From a bacterium UBP13_UBA5359 (GTDB taxonomy: Bacteria > UBP13 > UBA5359): a stretch of DNA of 64,000 nt. Positions 31,117 to 42,647 of the stretch are shown in pieces. Numbering within the stretch: position 1 is the stretch's first letter; the number at the start of each line of letters is the position of its first letter. Both the position numbers and the translations under genes were made by a program. The notes below the pieces were generated by a model. The model did not search any database. It saw only the letters and a program-made list of their open reading frames with translations, and was not told the origin of the DNA. Where the stretch lies: contig DHPR01000033.1 of NCBI GenBank assembly GCA_002410925.1, positions 142,397-206,396 on the forward strand, in the 5' to 3' direction.

Positions 31117-32775
31117 TTATTTCAATACAGCGCCGGTGCCTGCCGAGGTTACCAGGCGGGCATAACGCCCCAGGTATCCCCCGCTAATCTTAGCCTTCGG
31201 CTCTTTCCAGGCGGAACGGCGCTGTGCCAGGACAGCATCATCGACAAGTAAATCCAGGCGCTTCTCAGGTATGTCAATGTTTATAGTATCGCCTTCCTCT
31301 ACGAGGGCTATAAGACCACCCTCCATAGCTTCTGGCGATATATGGCCTATTGCAGCACCCCTGGTCGCACCGGAAAAACGACCGTCAGTTATTAAAGCAA
31401 CGCATTTATCAAGTCCCATTCCTGCCAGCGTAGAGGTCGGTGAGAGCATCTCCCTCATGCCGGGACCACCCTTTGGACCTTCATAACGGATAACGATAAC
31501 ATCTCCTGCGTTTATCTTGCCGCCCGTTATAGCTGCCTGAGCCTCTTCCTCAGAATTGAAGACACGAGCCGGTCCCTGATGGCGAAGCATCTCATCAGCT
31601 ACGGCAGCCTGCTTGACAACAGCGCCTCCAGGGGCAATGTTTCCACGAAGAATGGCTATTCCGCCTTTTTCATGGTATGGATTATTCAAAGGCCTTATGA
31701 CATCCTCTCTTTTGACAGCAGCTCGTTCGAGATTCCTCCTGACGGTTTCTCCCGTTACGGTCAGAACATCGCCATTTATCAGCCCTGCTTTGCTAAGAGT
31801 TTTCATCACAGCCTGGACACCGCCGGCTTCATCAAGATCCACTAAAAAATGATTTCCGGCAGGCGCAAGATTGCAAAGGTGTGGTGTTTTATCGCTTATA
31901 GAATCAAAGGCCTCCAATTCCAACGGTACCCCTGCTTCAACAGCTATAGCCGGTACATGAAGAACCGTATTGGTAGAGCATCCTAGCGCCATATCCACGG
32001 TGATGGCATTGGCAAAGGCCTCTTTGGTCATTATATCGCGAGGCAATATGTTTCGCCGCCATACCTCTACAGCTTTCATGCCCGCTTCCTTGGCCAGGCG
32101 AATACGTGCTCCGCTTACTGCCGGCACCGTTCCGTTGCCGGGCATGCCCATACCCAGTGCCTCAACCAGACAGTTCATGGAATTAGCAGTGAACATTCCG
32201 GAACACGAGCCGCAGCCCGGGCAGGCGCACATTTCCAGTTCCTCCAAATCCTCACAGCTCATTTTGCCGGCGTTAACGGTGCCTACGGCTTCAAATACAT
32301 CTGTCACCGATACGGCGGAACCTCTATAGTTTCCGGGAAGCATAGGACCGCCGCTGATAACGACTGCGGGTATATTCAAGCGAGCTGCAGCCATCAGCAT
32401 GCCGGGAACGATTTTATCGCAATTGGGTATCAATACCAAAGCATCAAAACAATGCGCTGTGGCCATTGTTTCCACACTGTCGGCAATCAACTCTCGGCTC
32501 GCCAGCGAATATTTCATACCACGATGCCCCATAGCAATGCCGTCGCAAACACCTATGGCGCCAAATTCCACCGGCACACCACCGGCCATTCTTATGCCGG
32601 ATTTCACTGCCTCGGTAATCTTGCTCAAATGGATATGCCCAGGAATGATCTCATTGGCGGAATTACACACGCCTATGAGAGGCCGTTCCAACTCCTCAGG
32701 AGTATATCCCATAGCCATAAACAGAGATCTGTGCGGTGCTCTTTCTACACCTTTTTTGACCATATCGCTTTTCAA
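31117..32775 (-). CDS. ilvD: Dihydroxy-acid dehydratase
   Basis: [40 protein letters not shown]. Confidence 0.97.
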   Translation of the reverse strand: MKSDMVKKGVERAPHRSLFMAMGYTPEELERPLIGVCNSANEIIPGHIHLSKITEAVKSGIRMAGGVPVEFGAIGVCDGIAMGHRGMKYSLASRELIADSVETMATAHCFDALVLIPNCDKIVPGMLMAAARLNIPAVVISGGPMLPGNYRGSAVSVTDVFEAVGTVNAGKMSCEDLEELEMCACPGCGSCSGMFTANSMNCLVEALGMGMPGNGTVPAVSGARIRLAKEAGMKAVEVWRRNILPRDIMTKEAFANAITVDMALGCSTNTVLHVPAIAVEAGVPLELEAFDSISDKTPHLCNLAPAGNHFLVDLDEAGGVQAVMKTLSKAGLINGDVLTVTGETVRRNLERAAVKREDVIRPLNNPYHEKGGIAILRGNIAPGGAVVKQAAVADEMLRHQGPARVFNSEEEAQAAITGGKINAGDVIVIRYEGPKGGPGMREMLSPTSTLAGMGLDKCVALITDGRFSGATRGAAIGHISPEAMEGGLIALVEEGDTINIDIPEKRLDLLVDDAVLAQRRSAWKEPKAKISGGYLGRYARLVTSAGTGAVLK

Positions 32776-32797
32776 AGCTATCCCTCTCCCTCCTCAT

Positions 32798-33055
32798 AAA
32801 AAAAACCACTCGCCCTTAGGGACGAGAGGCCATGCCTTCGTGTTACCACCCTGGTTCGGATACATCGGCAAAGCTGTGCCGACAAAACCCTCTTGCGGCA
32901 GTATAACGCCCGCCAAACCGTCGCTGCCTAAACCGCATGGGGCTCAGCAGTGAGGCTCCAGGATGAGTTTCAGCGCAAGCAAGCACCGGATCTCAGCATA
33001 ACCGGCTCTCTGTGGCCTCTTTATTCGCTTACTTGGTCCCTTCACAGCCTTTATT
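32798..33055 (-). ncRNA. Leu-specific T-box riboswitch of the ilv-leu-cimA operon
   Basis: AGAGA/GCUGA loops, specifier GAAA-CUC-A (Leu codon at 32965-32967), T-box AGGGUGGUAACACG at 32839-32852, terminator with U8. Confidence 0.92.
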
Positions 33056-33076
33056 CTATATTTAAAATTCTATGGT

Positions 33077-33106
33077 AGTATATCATAGAGATTTCTGCGG
33101 CGTCAA
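33077..33106 (-). promoter_or_regulatory. sigmaA promoter for the ilv T-box leader
   Basis: TTGACG-18nt-TATACT with TG extension. Confidence 0.75.
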
Positions 33107-33186
33107 GCAAAATTTAAGACAGGTAGGGGTCAGCTTGTGATGCTTGTCAAGCGTAAAGAGCTAACCCTATTACCTGACCCTATTAC

Positions 33187-34347
33187 TCATTGCTTGTGTC
33201 TTCTTACAAATTTTTCAATCCTTATCAATGCCTCTTCAATACGCTCATAGGAGGTGGAATAGGAGCACCTTACATACCCTTCGCCGCAAGCGCCGAATGC
33301 CGTTCCCGGAACAACGGCTACCTTCTCCTCGAACAAAAGACTTTCAGCAAACTTCTCACTTGTCAGCCCTGTTCTTTTTATAGAAGGAAAGATATAGAAT
33401 GCTCCGTCCGGCATAGGCACATCAAGACCGATCGCGTTGAGCCCCTGGTGTATCAGGCGACGGCGCCGGTTATATTCAGCGACCATCTCTTCAACCTCAG
33501 AGCCTTTATCCTTCAAAGCTTCGACGGCCGCCGTCTGGCTCATTATCGGCGCGCATAGCGCCACATACTGGTGAATCTTCACTGCGGCATTTAATATATC
33601 CACGGGGCCTGCTATATAACCCAGGCGCCAGCCGGTCATGGCATAGGCCTTGGAAAAGCCATTTAGTGTAACGACCCTCTCCTTCATTCCCGGCAGGGAG
33701 GCTATGGATAGATGCGCCATATCATAGGTCAGCTTTTCATATATTTCATCCGATATAACTATCAGATCATGTTTGACGGCTAACGCCGCTATCCGTTCAA
33801 GCTCCTCTGCAGGCAATGACATGCCGGTAGGATTATTGGGATAACAGAGCAATATTGCCTTTGTTCTCTCCGTTATGGCGCTTTCTATTATGTCAGCGGT
33901 CACTCTGAAACCGTCGGCACTGCTTGTCTCTGCCGGCACCGCTACGCCACCTGCCATAACAACACAGGGCTTGTATGATACATATGAAGGATCGAGAACG
34001 ATCACTTCATCACCGGAATTGAGAATAGCCCGCAACGTTATGTCCAAAGCTTCACTGACTCCAACGGTTATCAGTATCTCTTTCTCCGGATTATATTCCA
34101 CGCCGTGCACTTTGGTGATATGCCCTGATATGGCTTGGCGAAGCTCCAACAAGCCATGGTTGGAGGTATACATCGTCTGTCCCTGTGCCAGCGAAGCTAC
34201 ACAAGCATTTCTTATCCTCTCCGGAGTAATGAAATCCGGTTCGCCGATTCCCAGTGACAACACGCCATCCATTGTGGAAACTATATCAAAAAAGCGCCTG
34301 ATCCCTGACGGCGGCATGGCCTCTACAATTTGCGATACTCTACTCAT
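33187..34347 (-). CDS. Class I/II PLP-dependent aminotransferase
   Basis: PSGIRRFFD, GEPDF, PNNPTG, SDEIY, GFSKAYAMTGWRLG; start ATG at 34347. Confidence 0.93.
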   Translation of the reverse strand: MSRVSQIVEAMPPSGIRRFFDIVSTMDGVLSLGIGEPDFITPERIRNACVASLAQGQTMYTSNHGLLELRQAISGHITKVHGVEYNPEKEILITVGVSEALDITLRAILNSGDEVIVLDPSYVSYKPCVVMAGGVAVPAETSSADGFRVTADIIESAITERTKAILLCYPNNPTGMSLPAEELERIAALAVKHDLIVISDEIYEKLTYDMAHLSIASLPGMKERVVTLNGFSKAYAMTGWRLGYIAGPVDILNAAVKIHQYVALCAPIMSQTAAVEALKDKGSEVEEMVAEYNRRRRLIHQGLNAIGLDVPMPDGAFYIFPSIKRTGLTSEKFAESLLFEEKVAVVPGTAFGACGEGYVRCSYSTSYERIEEALIRIEKFVRRHKQ

Positions 34348-34876
34348 CTGTCGCCTCCTTTTTATCATCTGCTTCTTTCTCCTCCGGCAAAGGGGGTAAA
34401 TCATTCAATCCGCCGAAGCCAAAATATTCAAGAAACTCCTCAGTTGTTCCATATAATATCGGTCGCCCGACCGTATCCTTGCGCCCTACTACTTTTATCA
34501 GCCGGTGAAGGGAGAGGCGTTCGATAACGCCGTCGCAATTTACTCCCCTGATAGCTTCTATTTCAGCTCTGGTTACCGGCTGCTTGTAAGCGATTATAGC
34601 CATCGTCTCCATAGCAGCACGCGAAAGGCGTCCGCGTTCATGTGCCAGCAGCTTTTCAATATAATCTGCAAGCTCATTTCTAGTGCACATCTGATAGCCG
34701 CCCGCTACAGGTACTATCTGTAGACCTCCGGCTGCGTATTCATTCATAAGCTGTCGGGCAAGCTCTTCAACCGTATCAGGAGGCAATTCCAGCAACGTTG
34801 CTGCCTGCCTTATGTCAAGCGGCCCTCCGGCTACAAACAGCAACGCCTCCAGCGCGTTCTTTCGCTCTTCAAGCAT
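34340..34876 (-). CDS. scpB: SMC-Scp complex subunit ScpB
   Basis: LEALLF, LSRAAMETMAIIAYKQPVTRAEIEAIRGV, YGTTEEFL. Confidence 0.95.
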   Translation of the reverse strand: MLEERKNALEALLFVAGGPLDIRQAATLLELPPDTVEELARQLMNEYAAGGLQIVPVAGGYQMCTRNELADYIEKLLAHERGRLSRAAMETMAIIAYKQPVTRAEIEAIRGVNCDGVIERLSLHRLIKVVGRKDTVGRPILYGTTEEFLEYFGFGGLNDLPPLPEEKEADDKKEATDE

Positions 34877-35630
34877 TGACGTATTCCTCACGCAAAAATA
34901 TCTCTATCTCACCAAAACATTTCTCCTGGGCAGCCATGATATATCTTTTTCTTATTAGCTCCAATATAGCCAGCAGGGTTACGATAATCTCCCGCCTGGC
35001 AGGCCTGTCGCTGAAAAGATGCCTAAAAGAGATACGCCCATCTGATCTGTGAAGCCTGGCCAATACCAGATCCACTCTCTGCTCAACAGTTATTTCATCC
35101 CTGGAGATCCTCTTTTCATCATCCGTTTCATCATCAACAGCGTTTTCCAGCACTCTCTGGAATGCCTCAAGCAAATCAAAAACCGATAAGGCTTCTGCTA
35201 TACCCGGGCTTATCGCAGGACGCAACTCTTCCAATTCAAGGGGATGGCGCACAAAGACACCACGCCATTCCGCTTCCCTTGCCGACATAGCCTGTGCCGC
35301 CTCTTTGTAACGCTTGTATTCCATAAGACGAGCTACAAGCATCTGTCGTGGGTCAGCTTCTTCTGCCATCTGAAGATCCTCCTTATCAGGAGGCAAAAGC
35401 ATCTTGGATTTTATTCGTAACAGCTCGGCGGCCATCACCAGAAATTCGGCGGCGATATTTATATTCAGCTCTTCCATCAGATGGATAAAATCAAGATATT
35501 GGGTCGTGATTTTTGCCATCTGAAGATTTTGAATATCCATTTCCGAGCGATTTATCAGGTGCAGAAGAAGATCCAGCGGACCTTCGAAATCATCCAACCT
35601 TATTATGCATACATTTTCCGATAAATCCAT
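34869..35630 (-). CDS. scpA: Segregation/condensation protein ScpA
   Basis: FEGPLDLLLHLI, AAEFLVMAA, LAILEL. Confidence 0.95.
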   Translation of the reverse strand: MDLSENVCIIRLDDFEGPLDLLLHLINRSEMDIQNLQMAKITTQYLDFIHLMEELNINIAAEFLVMAAELLRIKSKMLLPPDKEDLQMAEEADPRQMLVARLMEYKRYKEAAQAMSAREAEWRGVFVRHPLELEELRPAISPGIAEALSVFDLLEAFQRVLENAVDDETDDEKRISRDEITVEQRVDLVLARLHRSDGRISFRHLFSDRPARREIIVTLLAILELIRKRYIMAAQEKCFGEIEIFLREEYVNA

Positions 35631-35634
35631 ATGC

Positions 35635-36609
35635 TTATAATCCCATGGCTTTCATGGCTAAAGAGAGATTGGATGCTGCCGTGACGGAGGCCTTCTCGGC
35701 GCCATCAGCCAGCAAACGATCAACGATATCCGGCTCCTTCTCATAATGTTTACGGCTTTCATGAATAGGATGTAAATACTCTATGATAGCATCAGCCAAA
35801 TACCCCTTGCATTTTACACAACCCAGCTTCCCCTCCCGGCATTGAGCTTCTATCTCACTGCAGCTTTCAGATAGAAATATATTTTCGTAAGCGAAGACAT
35901 TGCAGCTTTCCGGCCGACCGGGACTATCCTTATATATCTTCTGCGGATCGGTTACCGCACTCCTTATTCTTTCCCGGATGGTTTTGGCATCATCGGAGAG
36001 AAAGATGCAATTGCCATAACTCTTGCTCATTTTTCGCCCATCCAGACCAGCCACTTTAGAAGAAGCCGTCAGAAGCGCCCTGGGTTCGGGGAAGACTGCG
36101 CCGTAAAGATAATTGAAACGCCTGGCGATCTCTCTGGTCAGTTCCAGATGCGGCAACTGATCCTCGCCGACGGGAACGGTATCAGCTTTGTAAAGCAGGA
36201 TATCCGCCGCCTGCAGCAGAGGATAGCCTAAAAAGCCGTATGTCGAGAGATCCTTTCCTTTTATCTCCTGCATCTGCTCCTTATAGGTGGGGCATCTCTC
36301 CAGCCATGGCAAAGGGGTTATCATGGAAAGCATCAGATGGAGAACGGCATGCTGATAAACATCTGACTGCCGAAAGATTATGGCCTTTTCAGGGTCAATA
36401 CCAGCACTGAGCCAATCAATGACCATCTGACGTACATTCTCACGAAGAGCCGATGAATCTTCATATTCAGATGTCAATGCATGCCAATCGGCCACCATGA
36501 AGTAACATTGATACTCATCTTGAAGTTCTTTCCAATTATTTAGAACACCGAGCAAATGTCCCAGATGCAGCCTGCCGGTCGGCCGCATACCGCTAAGAAT
36601 AGTTCCCAT
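35635..36609 (-). CDS. trpS: Tryptophan--tRNA ligase
   Basis: SGMRPTG, HLGH, YPLLQAADIL, KMSKS. Confidence 0.97.
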   Translation of the reverse strand: MGTILSGMRPTGRLHLGHLLGVLNNWKELQDEYQCYFMVADWHALTSEYEDSSALRENVRQMVIDWLSAGIDPEKAIIFRQSDVYQHAVLHLMLSMITPLPWLERCPTYKEQMQEIKGKDLSTYGFLGYPLLQAADILLYKADTVPVGEDQLPHLELTREIARRFNYLYGAVFPEPRALLTASSKVAGLDGRKMSKSYGNCIFLSDDAKTIRERIRSAVTDPQKIYKDSPGRPESCNVFAYENIFLSESCSEIEAQCREGKLGCVKCKGYLADAIIEYLHPIHESRKHYEKEPDIVDRLLADGAEKASVTAASNLSLAMKAMGL

Positions 36610-36621
36610 TCAATCCTCCAA

Positions 36622-37251
36622 TTAAGCACCGAGCAAAAGTGTAGCTGACGGAAATACGATTGCTCTGGCTAGAAAGCTGATGACATTGGTAAATATAAGA
36701 AGCAGAAGAATGAGCATGCCGTAAGGCTCAATTTTCGACAGAGCGTAAGCCTGCCTGCGAGGCAGCAAGCCCATCAGAATCTTCGAGCCATCCAAAGGCG
36801 GCACTGGCAGCAGGTTGAATATTGCCAGCATTATATTAATAACAACGCCTGTAACGCATACGGTTCCTATAATTTCAGCAAGGAATGAATAATCGAAGAT
36901 ACCTGTTCCCACCGTAATTCTAAATATAATTGCATATGACAATGCCTGCAAAATATTGGCAGCAGGCCCTGCAAGCGACACCATGATCATGCCTCGACGC
37001 GGATCCTTTATATTATAAATATTAACGGGTACAGGTTTGGCCCACCCAAAGCCGACGCCGGCTGCAAGGGAGACAAGAAAGAAGATTGCCCCCAGTGGAT
37101 CAATATGTGAAACGGGATTTAAAGTCAGCCGGCCGGACCATTTGGCTGTGGGATCACCCAGCCGGTATGCCACCCAGCCATGTGCCACTTCATGAAGAAT
37201 AATGGCCAGTAGAAAAACAGGCAATGAAACTAAAATAGATTTTAAATCCAA
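36622..37251 (-). CDS. Site-2 (M50) intramembrane metalloprotease
   Basis: HEVAH, LAGP, FNLLPVPPLDG; start TTG at 37251 after GAGGAG. Confidence 0.92.
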   Translation of the reverse strand: MDLKSILVSLPVFLLAIILHEVAHGWVAYRLGDPTAKWSGRLTLNPVSHIDPLGAIFFLVSLAAGVGFGWAKPVPVNIYNIKDPRRGMIMVSLAGPAANILQALSYAIIFRITVGTGIFDYSFLAEIIGTVCVTGVVINIMLAIFNLLPVPPLDGSKILMGLLPRRQAYALSKIEPYGMLILLLLIFTNVISFLARAIVFPSATLLLGA

Positions 37252-37332
37252 CGAAATCTGCTCCTCTGATAAAGTACCGGCATCCGATTTACAGTGTAGT
37301 TTAACATAATCAGAGAGCTTTCTCAACACGCT

Positions 37333-38634
37333 TCAGGAGTTATCAAAGAAGGATTTTTTCATAAACAGAGCCGCCATCAAGGTTGTCAATGTCAGAAAAA
37401 TTGCGCTGATATAAAAAGGCATATTGAAGCCTAAAATGTCCTTTGCATATCCGCCCACTATAGGCCCAATGACAGAACCAATGCCCTGCGCAGTACCCAG
37501 CATACCCATCACTGCCCCTATTCTGCCCCTTGGGGCGGCTTCAGTTATATGCGCCAGCCAAGCCGGTACTGCTGTCACAAAACCTAATCCTGTTATAATA
37601 CCTAAGGGCAGAAAGAGGAGCAGAGTTTTGGCAAAGGGGATAAGCCATAGAGCTATTGACGCCATTATCCCCCCTATAATTACAGCTGTTCGTTTGCCTA
37701 TATGATCGGCCATTCTGCCCAGCGGGATGGAAAAAAGAGCAATGCCGGCCGCCGGCAAAAGAAAGAGAATAGGTATCTTGGACTGGCTTATACCCATTAC
37801 TTCAGTAATATATTTAATCAGTATAGGTGATAGGGCGCTGATGCCCAGCATCTGTATAGTCCCCATAAGATAAAGGGCCGGCAGAGAGCCTTGAAAGAGC
37901 TCGCGCTGTCTTGAAAATATCCCTTGCAAGCGAGGGCGCTTATCGTTTTTGGCTTCCTTCACAGGCACCTCTTTAATTTTTGTTGCACGATTTCCGGTCT
38001 CTCTCTCTGCGGCCCCATCTTTAACTGCAACAGAAGGCTGCCTATGCCAGCTGACCGACCAGGCTATTAGCAGGGAGAGAAAGAATAATAGGCTTACCAT
38101 ATAAAAGAGAAAGCGTGCTTCAGCAAAACGAGCCACCACCAAGCTGCCGACAACAGGTCCAAGGCCCACTCCAATCATATAGGCCATATTGAAGACGCTT
38201 AACGCCGTCGTTCTCTCTCTTATATCCACTACGTCAGCGGCAATAGCGCTGATAGAAGGCCACAGCGCTGCCGCACCGGCACCATCTACAGCTCTAAAAA
38301 AGAGTATAAGATAAGTAAAGGGGGAAATGGCTATCAGCAAGGGCATCAAGGTAGAAGCCGCCATACCGGCTACCATTAACGGCTTCCTGCCGATGCGATC
38401 GCTAAGATGCCCCAATATCGGCTTGAAAATCATTTCCGTTCCCGTAAAGGCTGCTATGGCAAGCCCAACAAAGGTATAGCCGGTCTTAAAGCTTTCAGTC
38501 AGATAAAGCGGCAATCCGAAAATCAGCATCAGCGAATACCCCATCTCAGCTATGACAGAAAGCACTGCCAGCGGCAGCAAGACGGGATATCGTTCAAAGA
38601 TAGAAATGTAGGTGCTGTGCAAGCGCTTCAGCAT
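37333..38634 (-). CDS. MFS transporter
   Basis: About 12 TM helices; GHLSDRIGRK and GRMADHIGKR motif A. Confidence 0.9.
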   Translation of the reverse strand: MLKRLHSTYISIFERYPVLLPLAVLSVIAEMGYSLMLIFGLPLYLTESFKTGYTFVGLAIAAFTGTEMIFKPILGHLSDRIGRKPLMVAGMAASTLMPLLIAISPFTYLILFFRAVDGAGAAALWPSISAIAADVVDIRERTTALSVFNMAYMIGVGLGPVVGSLVVARFAEARFLFYMVSLLFFLSLLIAWSVSWHRQPSVAVKDGAAERETGNRATKIKEVPVKEAKNDKRPRLQGIFSRQRELFQGSLPALYLMGTIQMLGISALSPILIKYITEVMGISQSKIPILFLLPAAGIALFSIPLGRMADHIGKRTAVIIGGIMASIALWLIPFAKTLLLFLPLGIITGLGFVTAVPAWLAHITEAAPRGRIGAVMGMLGTAQGIGSVIGPIVGGYAKDILGFNMPFYISAIFLTLTTLMAALFMKKSFFDNS

Positions 38635-38668
38635 ATTATCGCTCGTTTTTTTTCATATCATTGCCTGC

Positions 38669-39133
38669 TTAAAGAGCCTTTATCAGATTAGCCATCTCAA
38701 TGGCGGTTACGGCTGCATCCCATCCCTTGTTGCCGCTCTTGGAGCCAGCCCGCTCTATAGCTTGTTCCAGATTATCGGCAGTAATTACGCCAAAGGTTAT
38801 CGGAACGCCTGTAGCTGAAGATGCCTGCGCTATTCCCTTAGCCGCCTCAGCGGCTACATAATCAAAATGTGGTGTGCCGCCACGTATTATTGCTCCAAGG
38901 CAGATAACGGCATCATATTTGCCACTTTCAGCCATCTTTCTAGCAATCAGCGGTAGCTCGAAGGCACCGGGAGCATAAGCTACTTCCATCGCCTCTTCGG
39001 ATAAACCGTGACGCTTCAAAGCATCCATGGCTCCATCAAGCAGGCGCATAGTAATGATCTCATTAAACCTGCTGACCGTAATACCAATTGATAATCCTTC
39101 AGCAACCAGATTCCCCTCATAAATTTTAAACAT
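38669..39133 (-). CDS. ribH: 6,7-dimethyl-8-ribityllumazine synthase
   Basis: [25 protein letters not shown]. Confidence 0.96.
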   Translation of the reverse strand: MFKIYEGNLVAEGLSIGITVSRFNEIITMRLLDGAMDALKRHGLSEEAMEVAYAPGAFELPLIARKMAESGKYDAVICLGAIIRGGTPHFDYVAAEAAKGIAQASSATGVPITFGVITADNLEQAIERAGSKSGNKGWDAAVTAIEMANLIKAL

Positions 39134-39177
39134 TGCTTCCTCCATTTTTTGTGTTTGCGAGGTCAGGACTTTACCTC

Positions 39178-40482
39178 CTATACCGTCAAATAGTGCCCCA
39201 TTTTGTGCCGCTTGGTCCTAAGATAGGCCATGTTCTTCGCATTGGCTTCTATTTCCAGAGAGATTCGTTCTACTATGGAGAGCCCATACCCTTCCAGCCC
39301 TACAATCTTTCGCGGATTGTTAGTTATAAGACGTATGCGTCGTAATCCCAGGTCGTATAATATTTGAGCACCGATACCGTAATCTCGCAGGTCCGGAGGA
39401 AAGCCCAGTTCAATATTAGCCTCGACAGTATCCCTGCCTTTGTCCTGCAACGCATAGGCCTTCAGCTTATTAGCCAAGCCTATCCCCCGCCCTTCCTGCC
39501 GCATATAAAGCAGAACGCCGCCTTCTTTGGCTATCAATTTCATGGCCGCATGCAATTGCTCACCACAATCGCATCTTCGGCTTCCAAAGACATCGCCGGT
39601 AAGACACTCAGAGTGTACTCTGACCAGATGAGCCTTATCCGGGTTTAATTCACCCATCACCAAAGCCAGATGTGTATCCCCCTGGCATAAAACAGTGTCA
39701 TAGGCGAAGGCTTTGAACTCACCATATAAAGTGGGAAGCTTTGTATCGGCCACCTTAGCGATCAAACGTTCTTTTCTTCGTCTATACTCGATAATATCTT
39801 CTACGGATATTATCATTAAATCATATTTTTTAGCAAAAAGTTCCAGCTGAGGCCTTCTGGCCATGCTCCCATCCTCATTCATGATCTCGCAGATAACTCC
39901 AGCAGGAGATAGACCTGCCGCTTTGGTCAGATCCACAGCTGCCTCTGTATGGCCGGCTCGCACCAAAACGCCGCCATCTCGGGCAATCAAGGGAAAGATA
40001 TGCCCGGGACGCCTGAGGCTCTCCGGGAGGCTTTCAGGATTTGCTGCCGTCTTTATCGTCCAGGCGCGATCATGGGCAGATATACCTGTAGTGATTCCTT
40101 TAGCGGCATCAATGGAGACGGTAAAAGCAGTTTGCATGCTTTCGGTGTTAATCGGCACCATCGGAGCCAGATCGAGCCTGTCTGCCGCCTTCTCTTCCAA
40201 GGGCATACATATGAGACCCCGGCCATGGAGCGCCATGAAATTAACCGTTTCCGGTGTAATCAACTCCGCGGCAGCCAGCAGATCGCCCTCATTCTCCCTA
40301 TCGTCATCGTCAACTACAATTATCATTCCGCCGGATCGTATCGCATCAAGAGCAGCCTCCACTCGCTTTACGACCGCAGCAGAGTTATGCTTTTTACCCC
40401 CTTCGGGCATAGCTACCGGTAATTTACTCTCTTCACTACAGGAAAAGAAGCTGTTGCTTGTTGTCATTTTTATATTTTCCAT
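39178..40482 (-). CDS. ribBA: Bifunctional DHBP synthase / GTP cyclohydrolase II
   Basis: [39 protein letters not shown]; start ATG at 40482 after AGGAGG. Confidence 0.96.
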   Translation of the reverse strand: MENIKMTTSNSFFSCSEESKLPVAMPEGGKKHNSAAVVKRVEAALDAIRSGGMIIVVDDDDRENEGDLLAAAELITPETVNFMALHGRGLICMPLEEKAADRLDLAPMVPINTESMQTAFTVSIDAAKGITTGISAHDRAWTIKTAANPESLPESLRRPGHIFPLIARDGGVLVRAGHTEAAVDLTKAAGLSPAGVICEIMNEDGSMARRPQLELFAKKYDLMIISVEDIIEYRRRKERLIAKVADTKLPTLYGEFKAFAYDTVLCQGDTHLALVMGELNPDKAHLVRVHSECLTGDVFGSRRCDCGEQLHAAMKLIAKEGGVLLYMRQEGRGIGLANKLKAYALQDKGRDTVEANIELGFPPDLRDYGIGAQILYDLGLRRIRLITNNPRKIVGLEGYGLSIVERISLEIEANAKNMAYLRTKRHKMGHYLTV

Positions 40483-40556
40483 GCAGGCCCCTCCTAATTC
40501 CTGTTCTTTCATAAATTCGAATTTCCACAATTCATGTCCCGGCCTATATGCCGTAT

Positions 40557-41213
40557 CTACCTTCCAAGCCATTCCTCAAGCAGGCCGGGTCTCTGCTCAG
40601 AGAGAGCACCCTTATCCGGCCTTGGTTTAGGATCAGCCTCAAGCAGGCGCTTTGTATATCTAGCCAATATATCGACCTCAACATTAACTCTACGCCCTAC
40701 GACCGGCTTTTTCATAGTCGTTACCTGCCTGGTATACTCAACCAGTGAAACGGTAAAGCAATTACCTTTTACGGCAACCACCGTCAGACTTATCCCTTCC
40801 ACGGTTATAGACCCTTTAACGGCTATCATCGGCATTAATTCAGCCGGCACGGCTACTCTAACCAGAAGAGCATCGTCCTCGGCTTTCAACTCTGCTATCT
40901 CTCCTGCTGCATCGATATGCCCGCTGACAAAATGCCCTCCCAACGGCTTGCCAAGGCATAAAGCCCTTTCCAGATTCACCTCGTCGCCGGCATGCAATGC
41001 GCCCAGATTGGTCAGACGTACTGTTTCCGGCATTAAGGACATCTTTACCCGGCTGCCCTTAATGACATCCACTGTCAGACAAGCACCATTGACAGCCAGG
41101 CTATCCCCCGGGGATACCGACAGCTTGCCGATATCAACCGTCAATTCTGCCCCTGCCCCCTTGCGCCTTATGCTCTCCACTCTACCAACTGCTTCTATCA
41201 AACCGGTAAACAA
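40557..41213 (-). CDS. ribE: Riboflavin synthase
   Basis: (M)FTGLIE N-terminus, [20 protein letters not shown] start at 41213. Confidence 0.95.
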   Translation of the reverse strand: MFTGLIEAVGRVESIRRKGAGAELTVDIGKLSVSPGDSLAVNGACLTVDVIKGSRVKMSLMPETVRLTNLGALHAGDEVNLERALCLGKPLGGHFVSGHIDAAGEIAELKAEDDALLVRVAVPAELMPMIAVKGSITVEGISLTVVAVKGNCFTVSLVEYTRQVTTMKKPVVGRRVNVEVDILARYTKRLLEADPKPRPDKGALSEQRPGLLEEWLGR

Positions 41214-42310
41214 TCCACATCCCTCACTCTCAGCCGCCCACGGCATAGAATATCATCGCCGATACGCCGCCATGTGATCTCTTCCAACCCATAAGAATTG
41301 TCTACCTCTTTCAGATTCAACGCCCCCAGCAGAGGCAGGCTTTCGCCGCCAAGAAAGAAGGGAGCCATAAAGATGAAGGCTTCGTCTATCAGGCCCTGAA
41401 CCAACATAGCCGTAGAAAGCCTGGCTCCGCTTTCAAGCAGAATTGTCGCTATTCCCATGTCTGGCAACAAACGCAGCAAAGCGTTCAAATCCACGTGACG
41501 CCCGTTGCCGGCTTCGATTATCCGGGCACCTCTCTTGCTGAGGGCTTCCACTCTGGCAGCAGGTGCATTCCGGGTTACCGCTATAAATATCTTACCCTTA
41601 CCGTTGAAGAGCCTGGCATCAAGCGGTGTAACGGCCATGCTATCGACTATAATACGCGCTGGATGAAACCGACTTGAAATACGTACATCCAGCCTGGGAT
41701 CGTCGGCCAGAACAGTTCCGCTGCCGACCATGACCGCATCATGGTTAGCCCTGAGCGCCTGCACGCGCTGACGAGAAGCTTGAGAGGTTATCCATTTCGA
41801 TTGCCCGTCGGCTAAAGCGGTACGTCCGTCCAGAGAAGCCGCCGCCTTCCAGGCAACAAAGGGCAAACCGCTGGCAATGTATTTGGTAAAGCCCCTGTTA
41901 AGCTCCCTGCATTTCTCCTCCAGAATATCCTTTTCCACATATATACCCGCCCTCTGCAACCGTTCCAGACCTGCTCCTGCCACCAGCGGATTCGGATCAA
42001 CCATACCGACGTAAACGCTCTTGATTCCAGCAGCAATTATAGCCTCCACACATGGTGGCGTTTTGCCGTGATGAGCGCAAGGCTCCAGGTTAACGAAGAG
42101 CTCCGCATCCCGGCAATCCCCGGCATCGGCTATGGCAGCTGCTTCAGCATGCAGCCCCCCATAGACGGCATGCAGGCCTCGACCTATAACCTTGCCATCG
42201 CGAATCACAACCGCTCCTACCAGAGGATTGGGGCTCACTTTCCCTCTGCTCCGGCAGGCCATACCGAGAGCCATGCGCATAAAACGATCTTTATCAGCAC
42301 CGATCATCAT
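41198..42310 (-). CDS. ribD: Bifunctional riboflavin deaminase/reductase
   Basis: PNPLVGA, HAE, LEPCAHHGKTPPC, SLDG, SKWIT. Confidence 0.96.
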   Translation of the reverse strand: MMIGADKDRFMRMALGMACRSRGKVSPNPLVGAVVIRDGKVIGRGLHAVYGGLHAEAAAIADAGDCRDAELFVNLEPCAHHGKTPPCVEAIIAAGIKSVYVGMVDPNPLVAGAGLERLQRAGIYVEKDILEEKCRELNRGFTKYIASGLPFVAWKAAASLDGRTALADGQSKWITSQASRQRVQALRANHDAVMVGSGTVLADDPRLDVRISSRFHPARIIVDSMAVTPLDARLFNGKGKIFIAVTRNAPAARVEALSKRGARIIEAGNGRHVDLNALLRLLPDMGIATILLESGARLSTAMLVQGLIDEAFIFMAPFFLGGESLPLLGALNLKEVDNSYGLEEITWRRIGDDILCRGRLRVRDVDCLPV

Positions 42311-42647
42311 CGTTACTCTCCTGCGGTAATATCAACCTCCGCTGTTCATTATAAAGACGTCGAACTGCCCGCAGGTCCATAATCAGCAGCATTATTATGG
42401 CAAGCACAAATGCCAGCACCACATACCAAATAAAGCATAAGAACCTCTTCTCATTCACCAGAAGTATAGTTCCCAAAGCAACAAAGAATACCAGAATCGT
42501 CAGGACGATAGCGGTAATAACGCGAAGAAATAATAAATGCCTATCTATGCCGCCATTGCTGTAGCGTCGGAATTCAAGAGCAAGCATCAGCAACATTAAT
42601 ATAAAGACGATCCCTCCGATTACCAATGAAGGCAGATATACAGACAT
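42294..42647 (-). CDS. Hypothetical 3-TM membrane protein, first gene of the rib operon
   Basis: 117 aa with three hydrophobic helices; lies between the FMN riboswitch and ribD and overlaps the ribD start. Confidence 0.7.
   Translation of the reverse strand: MSVYLPSLVIGGIVFILMLLMLALEFRRYSNGGIDRHLLFLRVITAIVLTILVFFVALGTILLVNEKRFLCFIWYVVLAFVLAIIMLLIMDLRAVRRLYNEQRRLILPQESNDDDRC

Noticed and set aside
33119..33180. Imperfect inverted repeat after the aminotransferase gene
   Set aside because: Most simply a terminator or insulating hairpin before the ilv promoter
39863..41277. Long plus-strand ORFs (255 and 247 aa) and many similar antisense ORFs across the window
   Set aside because: They are shadows of well-conserved minus-strand genes, with no recognisable motifs
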